Assembly (NCBI GenBank): GCA_902579395.1
Contig: CACHGK010000001.1
Coordinates: 64,504-128,503, forward strand
DNA length: 64,000 bases
Reading direction: 5' to 3'
Origin: an uncultured Alphaproteobacteria bacterium
GTDB lineage: Bacteria; Pseudomonadota; Alphaproteobacteria; Methylaequorales; Methylaequoraceae
Shown here: piece by piece, positions 8,249-17,130 of the stretch
How the letters are laid out: each line of letters begins with the position of its first letter
How positions within the stretch are numbered: the stretch's first letter is position 1
The notes under the pieces: generated by a model
What the model was told of the DNA's origin: nothing
The model's input: only the letters and a program-made list of their open reading frames with translations
The model's database searches: none
Program-made: the position numbers and the translations under genes

Positions 8249-8253
8249 GTTTA
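8231..8253. promoter_or_regulatory. Zur-type (Fur-family) operator candidate
   Basis: The sequence is TAAGTGTTATAATATAACGTTTA. Its core GTTATA-A-TATAAC (8236-8248) is a perfect 13-nt palindrome. It matches 18 of 22 specified positions of the proteobacterial Zur box as I recall it (GAAATGTTATAnTATAACATTTC). It overlaps the -10 region. Confidence 0.5.
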
Positions 8254-8281
8254 TATTAATTACTTAACCTCTAGGAAATCA

Positions 8282-10246
8282 ATGTTCAAAAAATTTATCC
8301 CCTTTTTAATCTTGCTATTTGCAGCAAATTTAAATGCTGAAAATATAGAATCTATTTTTGTTGCACCTGATGTATTTATTACATCAAAAATTAAGCCAAG
8401 TACTGAGTATGAAAGTGACAGAGGCAATATTTTATTTGATGGTCATGAAATTGAAAAAAAAAGAAAATACTCTATTGGTGATATGTTAAAAGATTTACCT
8501 GGTATTTCTTCAAAAGGTCTTGGTAACGCTTCGCGACCTATAATACGAGGTATGACTAATTCGAGAGTTAAAATTCTTCAGAATAGTAGTGGTACTACAG
8601 ATGTATCTGAATTTGGTGAGGATCACATAGTAGGTTATGATCCAATGCTGATTGACAAAATTGAGATTATTAAAGGTCCTGGAACATTATTGTATGGTAA
8701 TAATGGATTTGCAGGTGTAGTTAATATAATTAATCCTCTAGTAGCTGTTGACAAACCTGTAACTGACGAAAATGTGGAGGCAAATTTTGGTTACACTACA
8801 TCCGGCGGTGAACTAAAAGGAAGCATTAAAGCTGCTCAATCAATTGAAAACTTTATTGTTAGACTTAATGCAAGTGGACTAAGTTCAGGTCCTTACGATT
8901 TAGCAAATACCTCAAATAAACAACCAAATTCTTCAAAATTTATGGCATCTGGTGGTGTTGGTTTAACATATAATGATGGTGACAATTATATTGGATTTTC
9001 TTTTGATAAACTTGAAGCTGTTTATGGAAATCCTGGTCCTGAAGGTGAGGAAAACATGACCTCATTAAATCCTACTAAGAATTCATTTAATTTTCAATCG
9101 TCGTTTTCACTTAATACTGCATATTTTAGTAAGTTTAACTTGCAAGGTGCAGTATCCGAATATAATCATTCTGAGAGAACTGGTGACGGAAATAATCACA
9201 ATATTAATTTCTTTAGTGATTTATATGAAATTAAAACTTCTCTTAATCACAAATCAATCATTGATGTTAATAGCGAAGGATTAATTGGGTTCCATTTTCA
9301 AAATTATGATCAAGGTGCCTTAGGGCAAGAGGAAAGTCATTTAGTTCATACAAGAACATCTAGTTTTGCATTATTCGCTCTTGAAAGCTTTAATTTTGAT
9401 TTATTTGACTTGGATATCGGAGGTCGTGTGGAATCAGTTAATTTAAAAAATACTAGTATGGAAAAAGGGTTTTTTCCTGGTGCATTTTCTTCAACAATTA
9501 AAAAAGAAATATTTAATAATAACTCTGTTTTTGGTGGTTTTGACTTTACTCAGAGAGCACCTAATGCAGTTGAATTATTTGCTAATGGTCCACATCATGC
9601 ACAAGAACAATTTGAAATCGGGGATAGCAACATGGATGTCGAAACCTCTTATAATTTTTCTTTAGGGTATAGCTATAATAATGGCTTAGATACCTTTAAA
9701 ATTGAAACATATTATAATTATATTGACGATTTTATTGCGGCAGACAGAGATGGTACTACTACATTAGTTGAGGGTGAAGACATGAACGATGTTAATTTTA
9801 CTCAATATAATGCAATCTTCACTGGTTTAGAGGTTGGTGGTCAGTATGCTTTTGCCAAAGTTAATGACTTTGATTTCATTTCTAATGTTATGATTGACTT
9901 TCTAAAAGGATACCGAACTTCAAATGATAAAGCTTTATCATTAATACCTCAAACAAAGATGAACTTTGGTATAAAAGCCATAAATGAAAATTGGGATGCA
10001 AATCTAAATTACTTCCATTATTTTGATAAGGAATTTATAGGGCCATTTCAAACTAGAACTGGGGGGCACTCAAGATTGGATTTTGATTTAACACGAGACT
10101 TTAACTATTCTGATCTCTCTGGTCATTTAATGTTTACGGCTTCTAATTTACTTGATGTTGTTGGAAGAAATCATTTAGAGGCGAAAAAAGCAAATGTCCA
10201 ATTGCCTGGAAGAAGTTTTATGTTTATGCTTAAATTATTTTACTAA
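8282..10246 (+). CDS. TonB-dependent outer-membrane receptor (metal-type)
   Basis: 654 aa with a signal peptide (LLFAANLNA-EN). Plug-domain motifs are present (DLPGISSKGLGNASRPIIRGM, IEIIKGPGTLLYGNNGFAGVVNI). The barrel motif RAPNAVELFANGPHHAQEQFEIGD and a C-terminal aromatic residue (...LKLFY) are also present. Confidence 0.85.
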   Translation: MFKKFIPFLILLFAANLNAENIESIFVAPDVFITSKIKPSTEYESDRGNILFDGHEIEKKRKYSIGDMLKDLPGISSKGLGNASRPIIRGMTNSRVKILQNSSGTTDVSEFGEDHIVGYDPMLIDKIEIIKGPGTLLYGNNGFAGVVNIINPLVAVDKPVTDENVEANFGYTTSGGELKGSIKAAQSIENFIVRLNASGLSSGPYDLANTSNKQPNSSKFMASGGVGLTYNDGDNYIGFSFDKLEAVYGNPGPEGEENMTSLNPTKNSFNFQSSFSLNTAYFSKFNLQGAVSEYNHSERTGDGNNHNINFFSDLYEIKTSLNHKSIIDVNSEGLIGFHFQNYDQGALGQEESHLVHTRTSSFALFALESFNFDLFDLDIGGRVESVNLKNTSMEKGFFPGAFSSTIKKEIFNNNSVFGGFDFTQRAPNAVELFANGPHHAQEQFEIGDSNMDVETSYNFSLGYSYNNGLDTFKIETYYNYIDDFIAADRDGTTTLVEGEDMNDVNFTQYNAIFTGLEVGGQYAFAKVNDFDFISNVMIDFLKGYRTSNDKALSLIPQTKMNFGIKAINENWDANLNYFHYFDKEFIGPFQTRTGGHSRLDFDLTRDFNYSDLSGHLMFTASNLLDVVGRNHLEAKKANVQLPGRSFMFMLKLFY

Positions 10247-10249
10247 TAA

Positions 10250-10618
10250 ATGTTTAAATATTACTCATCATACGCATTGGTTTTCAGTAATTTTACCCAT
10301 CTTTTATGTTGTGGTTTGCCCACTATCATCGGTTTAAGTTCATTGCTAACCAATTTTATGTTTATTGAAGTGTTCATTTCCAATATAGAGGCATTCGAAG
10401 CTTTTGAAATTTATCTTTTTGTAATATCCTCTTCAATTCTATTAATGCTTGTTTTACAAGAAATTTACAACAGAAAAATTAAATGTTCTGATGACATAGA
10501 TTGTTGTGAAGCTAAAGAATGTGAGTCCACAAAAAAAAAAATAAAGATCAATATTATTTTTTCCTTAGTGCTATATATATTTAACAGTACATTGTTTCTA
10601 TATGAGATTATCACTTAA
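10250..10618 (+). CDS. MerT-topology small membrane protein, paralogue-like of 6345..6725
   Basis: 122 aa. TM1 carries HLLCCGLPTIIG, a second TM follows, then a Cys-rich loop (KCSDDIDCCEAKECES) and a third TM. It starts 3 nt after the receptor stop. Confidence 0.35.
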   Translation: MFKYYSSYALVFSNFTHLLCCGLPTIIGLSSLLTNFMFIEVFISNIEAFEAFEIYLFVISSSILLMLVLQEIYNRKIKCSDDIDCCEAKECESTKKKIKINIIFSLVLYIFNSTLFLYEIIT

Positions 10619-10620
10619 AA

Positions 10621-11265
10621 ATGATTTATTATTTTAACGAAAGTGATTCTTTTGATATTTTTAAAAAAAGAGACGAACAAATAGGAGTTCTAAACAGAAA
10701 GTCTCCTAAAAACTGCATGAATTTTTTTAAAAAATTACTTAAAACACCTTTTTCTATATCTGGAATTGTAGGTCAAAAAAATACAAGAATGGACATCGAG
10801 AGACATCTTAAACATAATATTTCCAAAAGCATTCAATATGATTCATTTTATGATAACTGGTTAAATGATATGAGTGAGATCTGTAAAATGTTCTGTATTT
10901 TTCAAAAGCAAAAGAAAGTTAGTTTTTGGCTTGGATCTGATAGAGGTTGTAAGCGTTATCATGTCGATATGGTTCCTTTTAGATTATTAGTTACTTATTC
11001 TGGTCAGGGCACTGAAATTTTACCCAATGAAGCTGCTGATCGTAATGCATTTATTCAGGGTGAATCTAATGAAAAAATTGTGAGGGATAAATCTAAATTA
11101 ATGCATTTAAGTGATTGGGATATTTCTATATTTCGAGGCGGAAAGAACGGGATACTTCATCGGACACCAAATTCGGCTTTAGAAGGCAAATCATCTGTTC
11201 TAATGCGTCTAGATCACGAAGATTACCTTACTGAGATTTATAAAATAAATGGAGCTTATGGCTAA
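10621..11265 (+). CDS. cytoplasmic protein with HxD...H motif, DUF1826-like (tentative)
   Basis: 214 aa with no signal peptide. The segment CKRYHVDMVPFRLLVTYSGQGTEIL ... GILHRTP resembles, from memory, the DUF1826 family, which is often found in Zur regulons. HVD...H could form a metal facial triad. It starts 2 nt after the previous gene. Confidence 0.35.
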   Translation: MIYYFNESDSFDIFKKRDEQIGVLNRKSPKNCMNFFKKLLKTPFSISGIVGQKNTRMDIERHLKHNISKSIQYDSFYDNWLNDMSEICKMFCIFQKQKKVSFWLGSDRGCKRYHVDMVPFRLLVTYSGQGTEILPNEAADRNAFIQGESNEKIVRDKSKLMHLSDWDISIFRGGKNGILHRTPNSALEGKSSVLMRLDHEDYLTEIYKINGAYG

Positions 11266-11291
11266 ATCCCAGTATATTAATGACTAAATAG

Positions 11292-11879
11292 TTATTCTCC
11301 AATAAATTTATGGTTTTTGAATCTTCCTATTTGAACATCTCCATTTTCAAAAGTAAATTTACCGTTACCATTAAATAAATTATTTCTAAATTCACCTTCG
11401 TATTTATCACCATTAGCATATGTAAAAACCCCCTTTCCGTTTATAAAACCATCCTTAAAATCTCCAGTATAAATATCCCCAGAGGAAAAGGTCTGTGTTC
11501 CTTTACCATGAGGTAGATCATTTACAAAATCTCCCTCATAATGTTCTCCGTCGGAAAAAATAGATTTCCCCCTACCATGATATAAACCATTTCTAAACTC
11601 TCCCTCATACCTGTCACCATTTGAAAAAGTAAATATACCTTGACCATTTTGGAGTCCATCTAAGAATTCCCCTTCATATATGTTTCCATTTTGATAAAGA
11701 TAGGTTCCATTGCCGTTGTATTTATAATTTTTTATTTCACCGACGTATTTTTCCCCATTCTTATGGACTATTGTTCCAAAACATAGTGTATCAAAATTAC
11801 CATTACATGGTGGAAGAGAGTATGAATGACTTGAAATAAATAAAAATATTGTAAGAGCCAACTTATAGAATTTGTACAT
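11292..11879 (-). CDS. secreted MORN-repeat protein
   Basis: 195 aa with a signal peptide. About seven tandem 23-aa units of the form YxGEfxnGxxnGxGxxxfxnGd follow, for example YEGEFRNGLYHGRGKSIFSDGEH. Confidence 0.8.
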   Translation of the reverse strand: MYKFYKLALTIFLFISSHSYSLPPCNGNFDTLCFGTIVHKNGEKYVGEIKNYKYNGNGTYLYQNGNIYEGEFLDGLQNGQGIFTFSNGDRYEGEFRNGLYHGRGKSIFSDGEHYEGDFVNDLPHGKGTQTFSSGDIYTGDFKDGFINGKGVFTYANGDKYEGEFRNNLFNGNGKFTFENGDVQIGRFKNHKFIGE

Positions 11880-11942
11880 GTAAATTAGATAATCATTAAT
11901 TAATAAATCTACTACATAAAAAAAATTATTTTTGGTTAATAA

Positions 11943-12944
11943 TTAAAACTTTCCTTTTATTAAAAGCCAAAATTCTTTATAAACATCACTATTAAAATTC
12001 CTCAAATTTTTATATTTTACGTGCTGATTCTCATTTTTTGGATCGACCTCTATTCCCCATAATGATTTATAATCATAAGGTAAAGTACCATAACGAAGGT
12101 CAGCAATTATATTATTATAATCTGGATGTATAAAGATAAAATCTTGAGAAAAAAAAGAGAACCTTCTAATATCCTCTCTTTGAATAGAATTTTTACCTAA
12201 TTCAGGAAATACCTTTTCCTTATCAATAACCTTTAAACGCACTCCATCTTTTATTTTTATTTTACCAAATAATGGGGCATAGACTGCATCAACATAATAG
12301 TAATTATTAGATTGATAAATACTTCTCCACAATATGTTATTGCCTATAGTTGGATTAAATAATTTTCGACTGATAATATGATTTCTTTCTTCAGCTACAT
12401 TCTGAATTGACTGATCCACTCTATTTTTTTGAAAAAAACCAAGAAATAAATATAAGACTGAAATTAAGATCCCAAAACTTACATATTTAGTCGATTTAGT
12501 TAAAATTCCAGCGATCAAAAATATTAAAAGAACGCTAGTGTAAATTGGATCAATTATAGAAATTATGTTTAAAGATACTCTTTTTTCAGAAAAAGGCCAG
12601 AATATATTTGTACCATAACTTGTACATGCATCAAGTAAACCGTGAGTTAGGAAACCTAATGTAACAAACAAATATATGTTTTTAAAAGATTGTTTATTTT
12701 TAAAAAAAATATAAAGAAACATAGTCACAAGTAGAGCACCAAAAGGAACAAAAAATAATGAGTGTGAAAAATGTCTATGATATTCGATAAATAATAATGA
12801 GTCATTTGCTGACCTTATTAAAATGTCTAAATCGGCACTCACTCCACCTATAAAGCCGAAAAAAAATGCAGATTTAAGATCTTTTTTTTTTGCTTTTGAA
12901 CAAGCTAAACTCGCTCCAATTAAACCTTGAGAACACGGATCCAT
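11943..12944 (-). CDS. membrane-bound metal-dependent hydrolase (YdjM/YbcI, DUF457-like) with C-terminal extension
   Basis: 333 aa. The N-terminal ~170 aa are polytopic, with MDPCSQGLIGASLA, HRHFSHSL and LTHGLLD His-rich motifs typical of DUF457. A soluble tail of ~150 aa follows. Confidence 0.5.
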   Translation of the reverse strand: MDPCSQGLIGASLACSKAKKKDLKSAFFFGFIGGVSADLDILIRSANDSLLFIEYHRHFSHSLFFVPFGALLVTMFLYIFFKNKQSFKNIYLFVTLGFLTHGLLDACTSYGTNIFWPFSEKRVSLNIISIIDPIYTSVLLIFLIAGILTKSTKYVSFGILISVLYLFLGFFQKNRVDQSIQNVAEERNHIISRKLFNPTIGNNILWRSIYQSNNYYYVDAVYAPLFGKIKIKDGVRLKVIDKEKVFPELGKNSIQREDIRRFSFFSQDFIFIHPDYNNIIADLRYGTLPYDYKSLWGIEVDPKNENQHVKYKNLRNFNSDVYKEFWLLIKGKF

Positions 12945-12947
12945 TAA

Positions 12948-13226
12948 TTATTCACCAATTTTTTTTGGACAATCTTGTTTAGTACTTGGAAGTGTAATTT
13001 TTTTTTGACCTTTGATATTATTATAAATACAAAATTTCTGATTATTATATTCAAAGGATTTTATTAGTCCCATGCCCATTGGACCAGAAAATGTTCTTTC
13101 ATTAGTAATATATTGGTCATCAGGGATATATAATGCTTTAGGTAGCTTAATCTCAGCGTTAAGAACCTTAGGTATGTAAAATAAAGACTGATAAATAATT
13201 ATACAGTAAATTATAATTATTGGCAT
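12948..13226 (-). CDS. hypothetical small membrane-anchored protein
   Basis: 92-aa ORF with an N-terminal hydrophobic anchor. It ends 3 nt upstream of the DUF457-like gene. I recognise no family. Confidence 0.3.
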   Translation of the reverse strand: MPIIIIYCIIIYQSLFYIPKVLNAEIKLPKALYIPDDQYITNERTFSGPMGMGLIKSFEYNNQKFCIYNNIKGQKKITLPSTKQDCPKKIGE

Positions 13227-13302
13227 CGATTACAAGTAAAAAAAATTTTAAGGTTTACGAAATTCTTTAAGGAAAATATGGAATGACTCAGTTCTATCAA
13301 AT

Positions 13303-13341
13303 CAAGAAAGAAAAACTCGCGTCATTTAAAAATGACGCGAG
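13303..13341 (-). terminator. rho-independent terminator of the cytochrome c / sugar dehydrogenase operon
   Basis: On the minus strand the hairpin is CTCGCGTCAT-TTTTAA-ATGACGCGAG, a 10-bp GC-containing stem at 13316-13341. It is followed by TTTTTCTTTCTTG and starts 15 nt after the stop codon at 13356. Confidence 0.8.
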
Positions 13342-13355
13342 CAAATCTTCTATAT

Positions 13356-14660
13356 TTACTTAGCCGTTGCAGTAATTTTGTAGATTTCTCCTTCATCTAC
13401 AGCTGCGTAAAGAGCTCCATCAGGACCTAATCTTAGACCTCTGAATCTCTTTGTTAGACCAGTTGGCATGTGAATCACACTTTTAATTGATTGACCATCT
13501 TTAGCAATGTCAACAACATCAATTCTCATACCAGAAGGTGTTCCACCGAAACCAATACCCATGATTCCAACAGCCATACGACCTTCCCAGTAACCCCAGT
13601 TACTTCCTTTTAAGAAAGCAGCTGAGCCAGTACCTTGAGATAAGCCGTTATTGTTCCATGCCGGTGGCATCAAGTCACTAAAACGAGTGTCACTCATAGG
13701 CATGAACTGAGCACGCTTAGCAGGAAGCATACCTTCTTTTTGATTTGGCATATATCCACAATATTTATCAGGACAATCACCACGTCCACCAACGTTAGGA
13801 CGAGGATCCCATCCGCCGTTACCACCGTTTACTAAAGCAGTGATTTCGTCATTTTGCCATGGACCATGTTCAGCAGTAAATGCTCTTCCATCACTAGGAC
13901 GGAAATCAATTCCCTGAACATTTCTGTGACCATAAGTATACATACGCTTATCGAAACCTCTTGGAGGTTTGTTTCCAGGATGTGCTTTTCCGTCAGTATC
14001 AATTCTTAATACGTTTCCACCTAATAATTTAGGAGATTGCGGAACAACACCTCTATGACGGTCACCAGTTGTAGCCCAAAGATATCCTTCAGGACCGAAA
14101 CGTAATCTGTTTCCGTTATGTGCACCTGGTCCACCAAATGGGTGATTTGATTCGAATGGTTTATATTGAATATCTTTTACAATATCAACACGGTTAGATA
14201 CACTTTTGAAGTCTTTACTAACTTCCATTCTCATAATGATGTTACCATCACATTTTTCAAAGTTAGTTTTACAACCACTACCATGATATTTATCTGAAGT
14301 GGAAGCTACGTAAATCCTTCTATTCTTATTGAAATTAGGATCTACAGCTACGCCCATCATACCAGCTTGTCCTGAGCAGAAAAGATCGTCATTAGTACTA
14401 GCGTACCCTTTAGAACCTTTCATACCTGCAAGAGCATTAACAGCTCCTGAACTTGTTTTTACAGATAAACCTTTACATTTTTCTGTATAAAACATGTCAC
14501 CACCACTAGTAAATGCCATGTCCCACGGATTTTCCAAACCGTTCATTATAGACATTGCACTAATATTTGGGGTATTCATTGTATCAGCATTACTTGGCGA
14601 TGCCATAAGAGCTGCAGTAGCAACAACAGCTGCTGATAAAAGTTTAGATTTTTTAATCAT
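13356..14660 (-). CDS. periplasmic PQQ-dependent (soluble glucose/sorbosone dehydrogenase family) sugar dehydrogenase
   Basis: 434 aa with a signal peptide (AALMASPSNA-DT). GSDH-family motifs are present: LENPWDMAF, HNGNRLRFGPEGYLWATTGD, GNVLRIDTDG, YGHRNVQGIDF, EHGPWQNDEI and GGNGGWD. Confidence 0.8.
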   Translation of the reverse strand: MIKKSKLLSAAVVATAALMASPSNADTMNTPNISAMSIMNGLENPWDMAFTSGGDMFYTEKCKGLSVKTSSGAVNALAGMKGSKGYASTNDDLFCSGQAGMMGVAVDPNFNKNRRIYVASTSDKYHGSGCKTNFEKCDGNIIMRMEVSKDFKSVSNRVDIVKDIQYKPFESNHPFGGPGAHNGNRLRFGPEGYLWATTGDRHRGVVPQSPKLLGGNVLRIDTDGKAHPGNKPPRGFDKRMYTYGHRNVQGIDFRPSDGRAFTAEHGPWQNDEITALVNGGNGGWDPRPNVGGRGDCPDKYCGYMPNQKEGMLPAKRAQFMPMSDTRFSDLMPPAWNNNGLSQGTGSAAFLKGSNWGYWEGRMAVGIMGIGFGGTPSGMRIDVVDIAKDGQSIKSVIHMPTGLTKRFRGLRLGPDGALYAAVDEGEIYKITATAK

Positions 14661-14697
14661 TTAAATAATCTCCCTTTATTATTGTTAATGTTAAATG

Positions 14698-15015
14698 TTA
14701 TTTTTGCGCATTTAAATACGCGGCTAAATTTGCGATTTCAATATCTGACAAAGGTTGAGCCATCATAATCATCAAATCAGAGTTAGGCCCTATCTTTGTT
14801 CCAGCTCTATACGTATTAAGTCTATCGATAAGATAAGAAACTTCTTTACCTTTAATTTTAGGATAGCTAGCTAATCCCATGCCGGCGGGACCATGGCAGT
14901 TACCGCAATTTTGTGCATAACGGGCTTCACCTGCTTTGATATCTCCTGCGATAACTTTGTTAGTACCAAAGACAACAAAATTAAGGCAAACTAATCCTAG
15001 AATTAAATGTTTCAT
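14698..15015 (-). CDS. class I c-type cytochrome (c551/c552-like)
   Basis: 105 aa with a signal peptide, the haem-binding motif CGNCHG and a distal Met region (LMIMMAQPLS). It lies 37 nt upstream of the dehydrogenase on the same strand. Confidence 0.8.
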   Translation of the reverse strand: MKHLILGLVCLNFVVFGTNKVIAGDIKAGEARYAQNCGNCHGPAGMGLASYPKIKGKEVSYLIDRLNTYRAGTKIGPNSDLMIMMAQPLSDIEIANLAAYLNAQK

Positions 15016-15181
15016 TTGCTTCCTCCAAGCGAATAAACTAAGTTTATATAAGCTGTTTGTTAGATATAAACTAAATCACAAACATTATTTATATTATATC
15101 GTAACTTACTTGTTACAACTAGTTTTTAATCAATTTTTCTAATTTTTTTTACTAATTTGAATTTGTTTTAAGATTGCATCA

Positions 15182-16927
15182 CTAAATATTAGAAATTAAA
15201 GGGTCTGACACATTTAGCACATAAATAAAAAATATAACAATTATTCCTGCTAAAAAGAGATAGTAAAGTGTTGGGATTATTGTTATGCGTAAAACAATAC
15301 CCTCTTTTCCCAACAAACCAACTGTAGCCGAAGCTGCAACAACATTATGAATAGCTACCATGTTGCCTGCCGCCGCACCAACACTTTGAGCTGCCACCAT
15401 GAGTGCACCTGAAATTTGTAATAAATTTGCAGTTTCAAACTGAAATTGGCTTAACATTAGGTTACTCACTGTGTTAGAACCAGCCAAAAAAGCTCCTATT
15501 CCACCTACAGTTGGTGCAAAAAATGGATAGATATTCCCCATTAATGAAGACACTCCATTGGCCATACTTAAAGGCATACTGAAAAAATCATTTGAATTAA
15601 TACCTGAATTAATCATTATTCTTACCATTGGAACTGTAAAAATTAACACAAATCCAGCACTTATCATTGTTTTTGAGGATTCTTTAATCGACGAAGTAAT
15701 TTGAAAAAGACTCATCCTGTGAAGAAAAAATGTAATCAAACATACAAAAATTAAAATGCTACCAGGAAGATAAAGAATTTGAAAGCTTGCGTTTATTTTT
15801 GGTTCATCGAGAATATTTGTGAAATGTAAATTAAAAGAATTTAGAAATGTCTTAATAGGTTCAAATGTTCTAGAAAATACCAGAATAATTGCTAGAATTA
15901 GGTATGGCAACCAAGCATTTAAACTTTGTATTCTATTCTTTTGTTCAGTTGGAAATGGTTTAATGTTCCCATTCCAAAAAGATGGCCATTTTATTAAAGG
16001 CTCAAAATCCCAAGTATCTTTTGGAATTAAGAATCTCTTTTTTACCGCAGTTGTGACGATTGCCAAACCAATTATTCCACCAATGATTGATGGAAATTCT
16101 GGTCCAATTAAAACTCCAGACAATACATAGGGTATAGTGAAGCTTAAGGCTGAAAAAATGGCAAATGGGAATATTGACAATCCCTCTGTCCATGATTTAT
16201 TTTTGCCAAAATATTTGGTCATTATTATTACAAGAAGTAAAGGCATAAATGTTCCACATAAAGCGTGAATAATTGCTACTTCCGAAACTATTAGTCTAAA
16301 AAATGAATCCCATTCAGAGCCTTTCTCTATTAAATTCTCTGTTAAATTTATTTTATCCAAACCACCTTGAACCCCTACAATTAATGGAGTTCCAACTGCA
16401 CCAAAAGACACTGGAGTAGATTGGATCATCATACCAAAGACAACTGCGGCCAATGCCGGAAATCCAACTGCAACCATTAATGGGGCTGCAACTGCAGCCG
16501 GTGTTCCAAAACCAGATGCACCTTCAATAAAGCAACCAAATAACCAAGCTATCAATATTACTTGAACCCGTCTGTCTGGACTTAAATCAGAAAATCCGGC
16601 TCTAATTGTATTTATTGCTCCTGAATATTTAAGTGTATTAAGAAGCATTATTGCCCCAAAGATTATCCATAAGATTCCAGCACTTATTATTAAACCTTGA
16701 AAGATTGAGGCAACAATCCTTAAATTCGACATTCCCCAAAAAAAATAAGCAACTATGCAAGTGTATAAAAAAACTAAAGGCATAGCCAATTTTGCAACCA
16801 CTCTAAAACCAATTAGTAGTAATCCTGCAAAAAAAATTGGAGAAAAAGCCAAAAGAGGTAAAAAAATATCTGTCAAAGAATATGTCTTAAATGATAAATT
16901 AATTTTTAAAATTAATCCTAGCATCAA
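15182..16927 (-). CDS. lctP: L-lactate/glycolate permease (LctP family)
   Basis: 581-aa polytopic protein with [22 protein letters not shown] and [21 protein letters not shown] segments typical of LctP. Confidence 0.8.
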   Translation of the reverse strand: MMLGLILKINLSFKTYSLTDIFLPLLAFSPIFFAGLLLIGFRVVAKLAMPLVFLYTCIVAYFFWGMSNLRIVASIFQGLIISAGILWIIFGAIMLLNTLKYSGAINTIRAGFSDLSPDRRVQVILIAWLFGCFIEGASGFGTPAAVAAPLMVAVGFPALAAVVFGMMIQSTPVSFGAVGTPLIVGVQGGLDKINLTENLIEKGSEWDSFFRLIVSEVAIIHALCGTFMPLLLVIIMTKYFGKNKSWTEGLSIFPFAIFSALSFTIPYVLSGVLIGPEFPSIIGGIIGLAIVTTAVKKRFLIPKDTWDFEPLIKWPSFWNGNIKPFPTEQKNRIQSLNAWLPYLILAIILVFSRTFEPIKTFLNSFNLHFTNILDEPKINASFQILYLPGSILIFVCLITFFLHRMSLFQITSSIKESSKTMISAGFVLIFTVPMVRIMINSGINSNDFFSMPLSMANGVSSLMGNIYPFFAPTVGGIGAFLAGSNTVSNLMLSQFQFETANLLQISGALMVAAQSVGAAAGNMVAIHNVVAASATVGLLGKEGIVLRITIIPTLYYLFLAGIIVIFFIYVLNVSDPLISNI

Positions 16928-17130
16928 TACAAGAAATTTTGCAATAGAAAGAATTATTATAACTTTGAAAGTTAATTATTTTTGGCGAATTGGATTGTTT
17001 TGTATTGAAAAACTTTTGGTATGTTTTTAAAAACTTTTTGCAAAAAACCAAATGGCTTAAGATAATAATTGAGCTTTTTTAAAAATACACCATAATAATT
17101 ATTTGATCCATCCAAGAGTTACATAAAATA

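Noticed and set aside
15101-15116. GTAAC-N6-GTTAC inverted repeat upstream of the cytochrome c gene.
   Set aside because: With 5-bp arms, it is expected by chance in this composition. No second copy was noticed.
15819-16193. ORFs 15819..16130 (+) and 16002..16193 (-) within the lactate permease region.
   Set aside because: Both are nested in or out of frame with the 581-aa LctP gene, which explains the whole interval.
17013-17050. Direct repeat AAAAACTTTTG (two copies) and the 12-nt palindrome GTTTTTAAAAAC in the lctP / M32 divergent spacer.
   Set aside because: These are pure A/T low-complexity sequence apart from the flanking G/C. There is no link to a known motif, and they are likely compositional.
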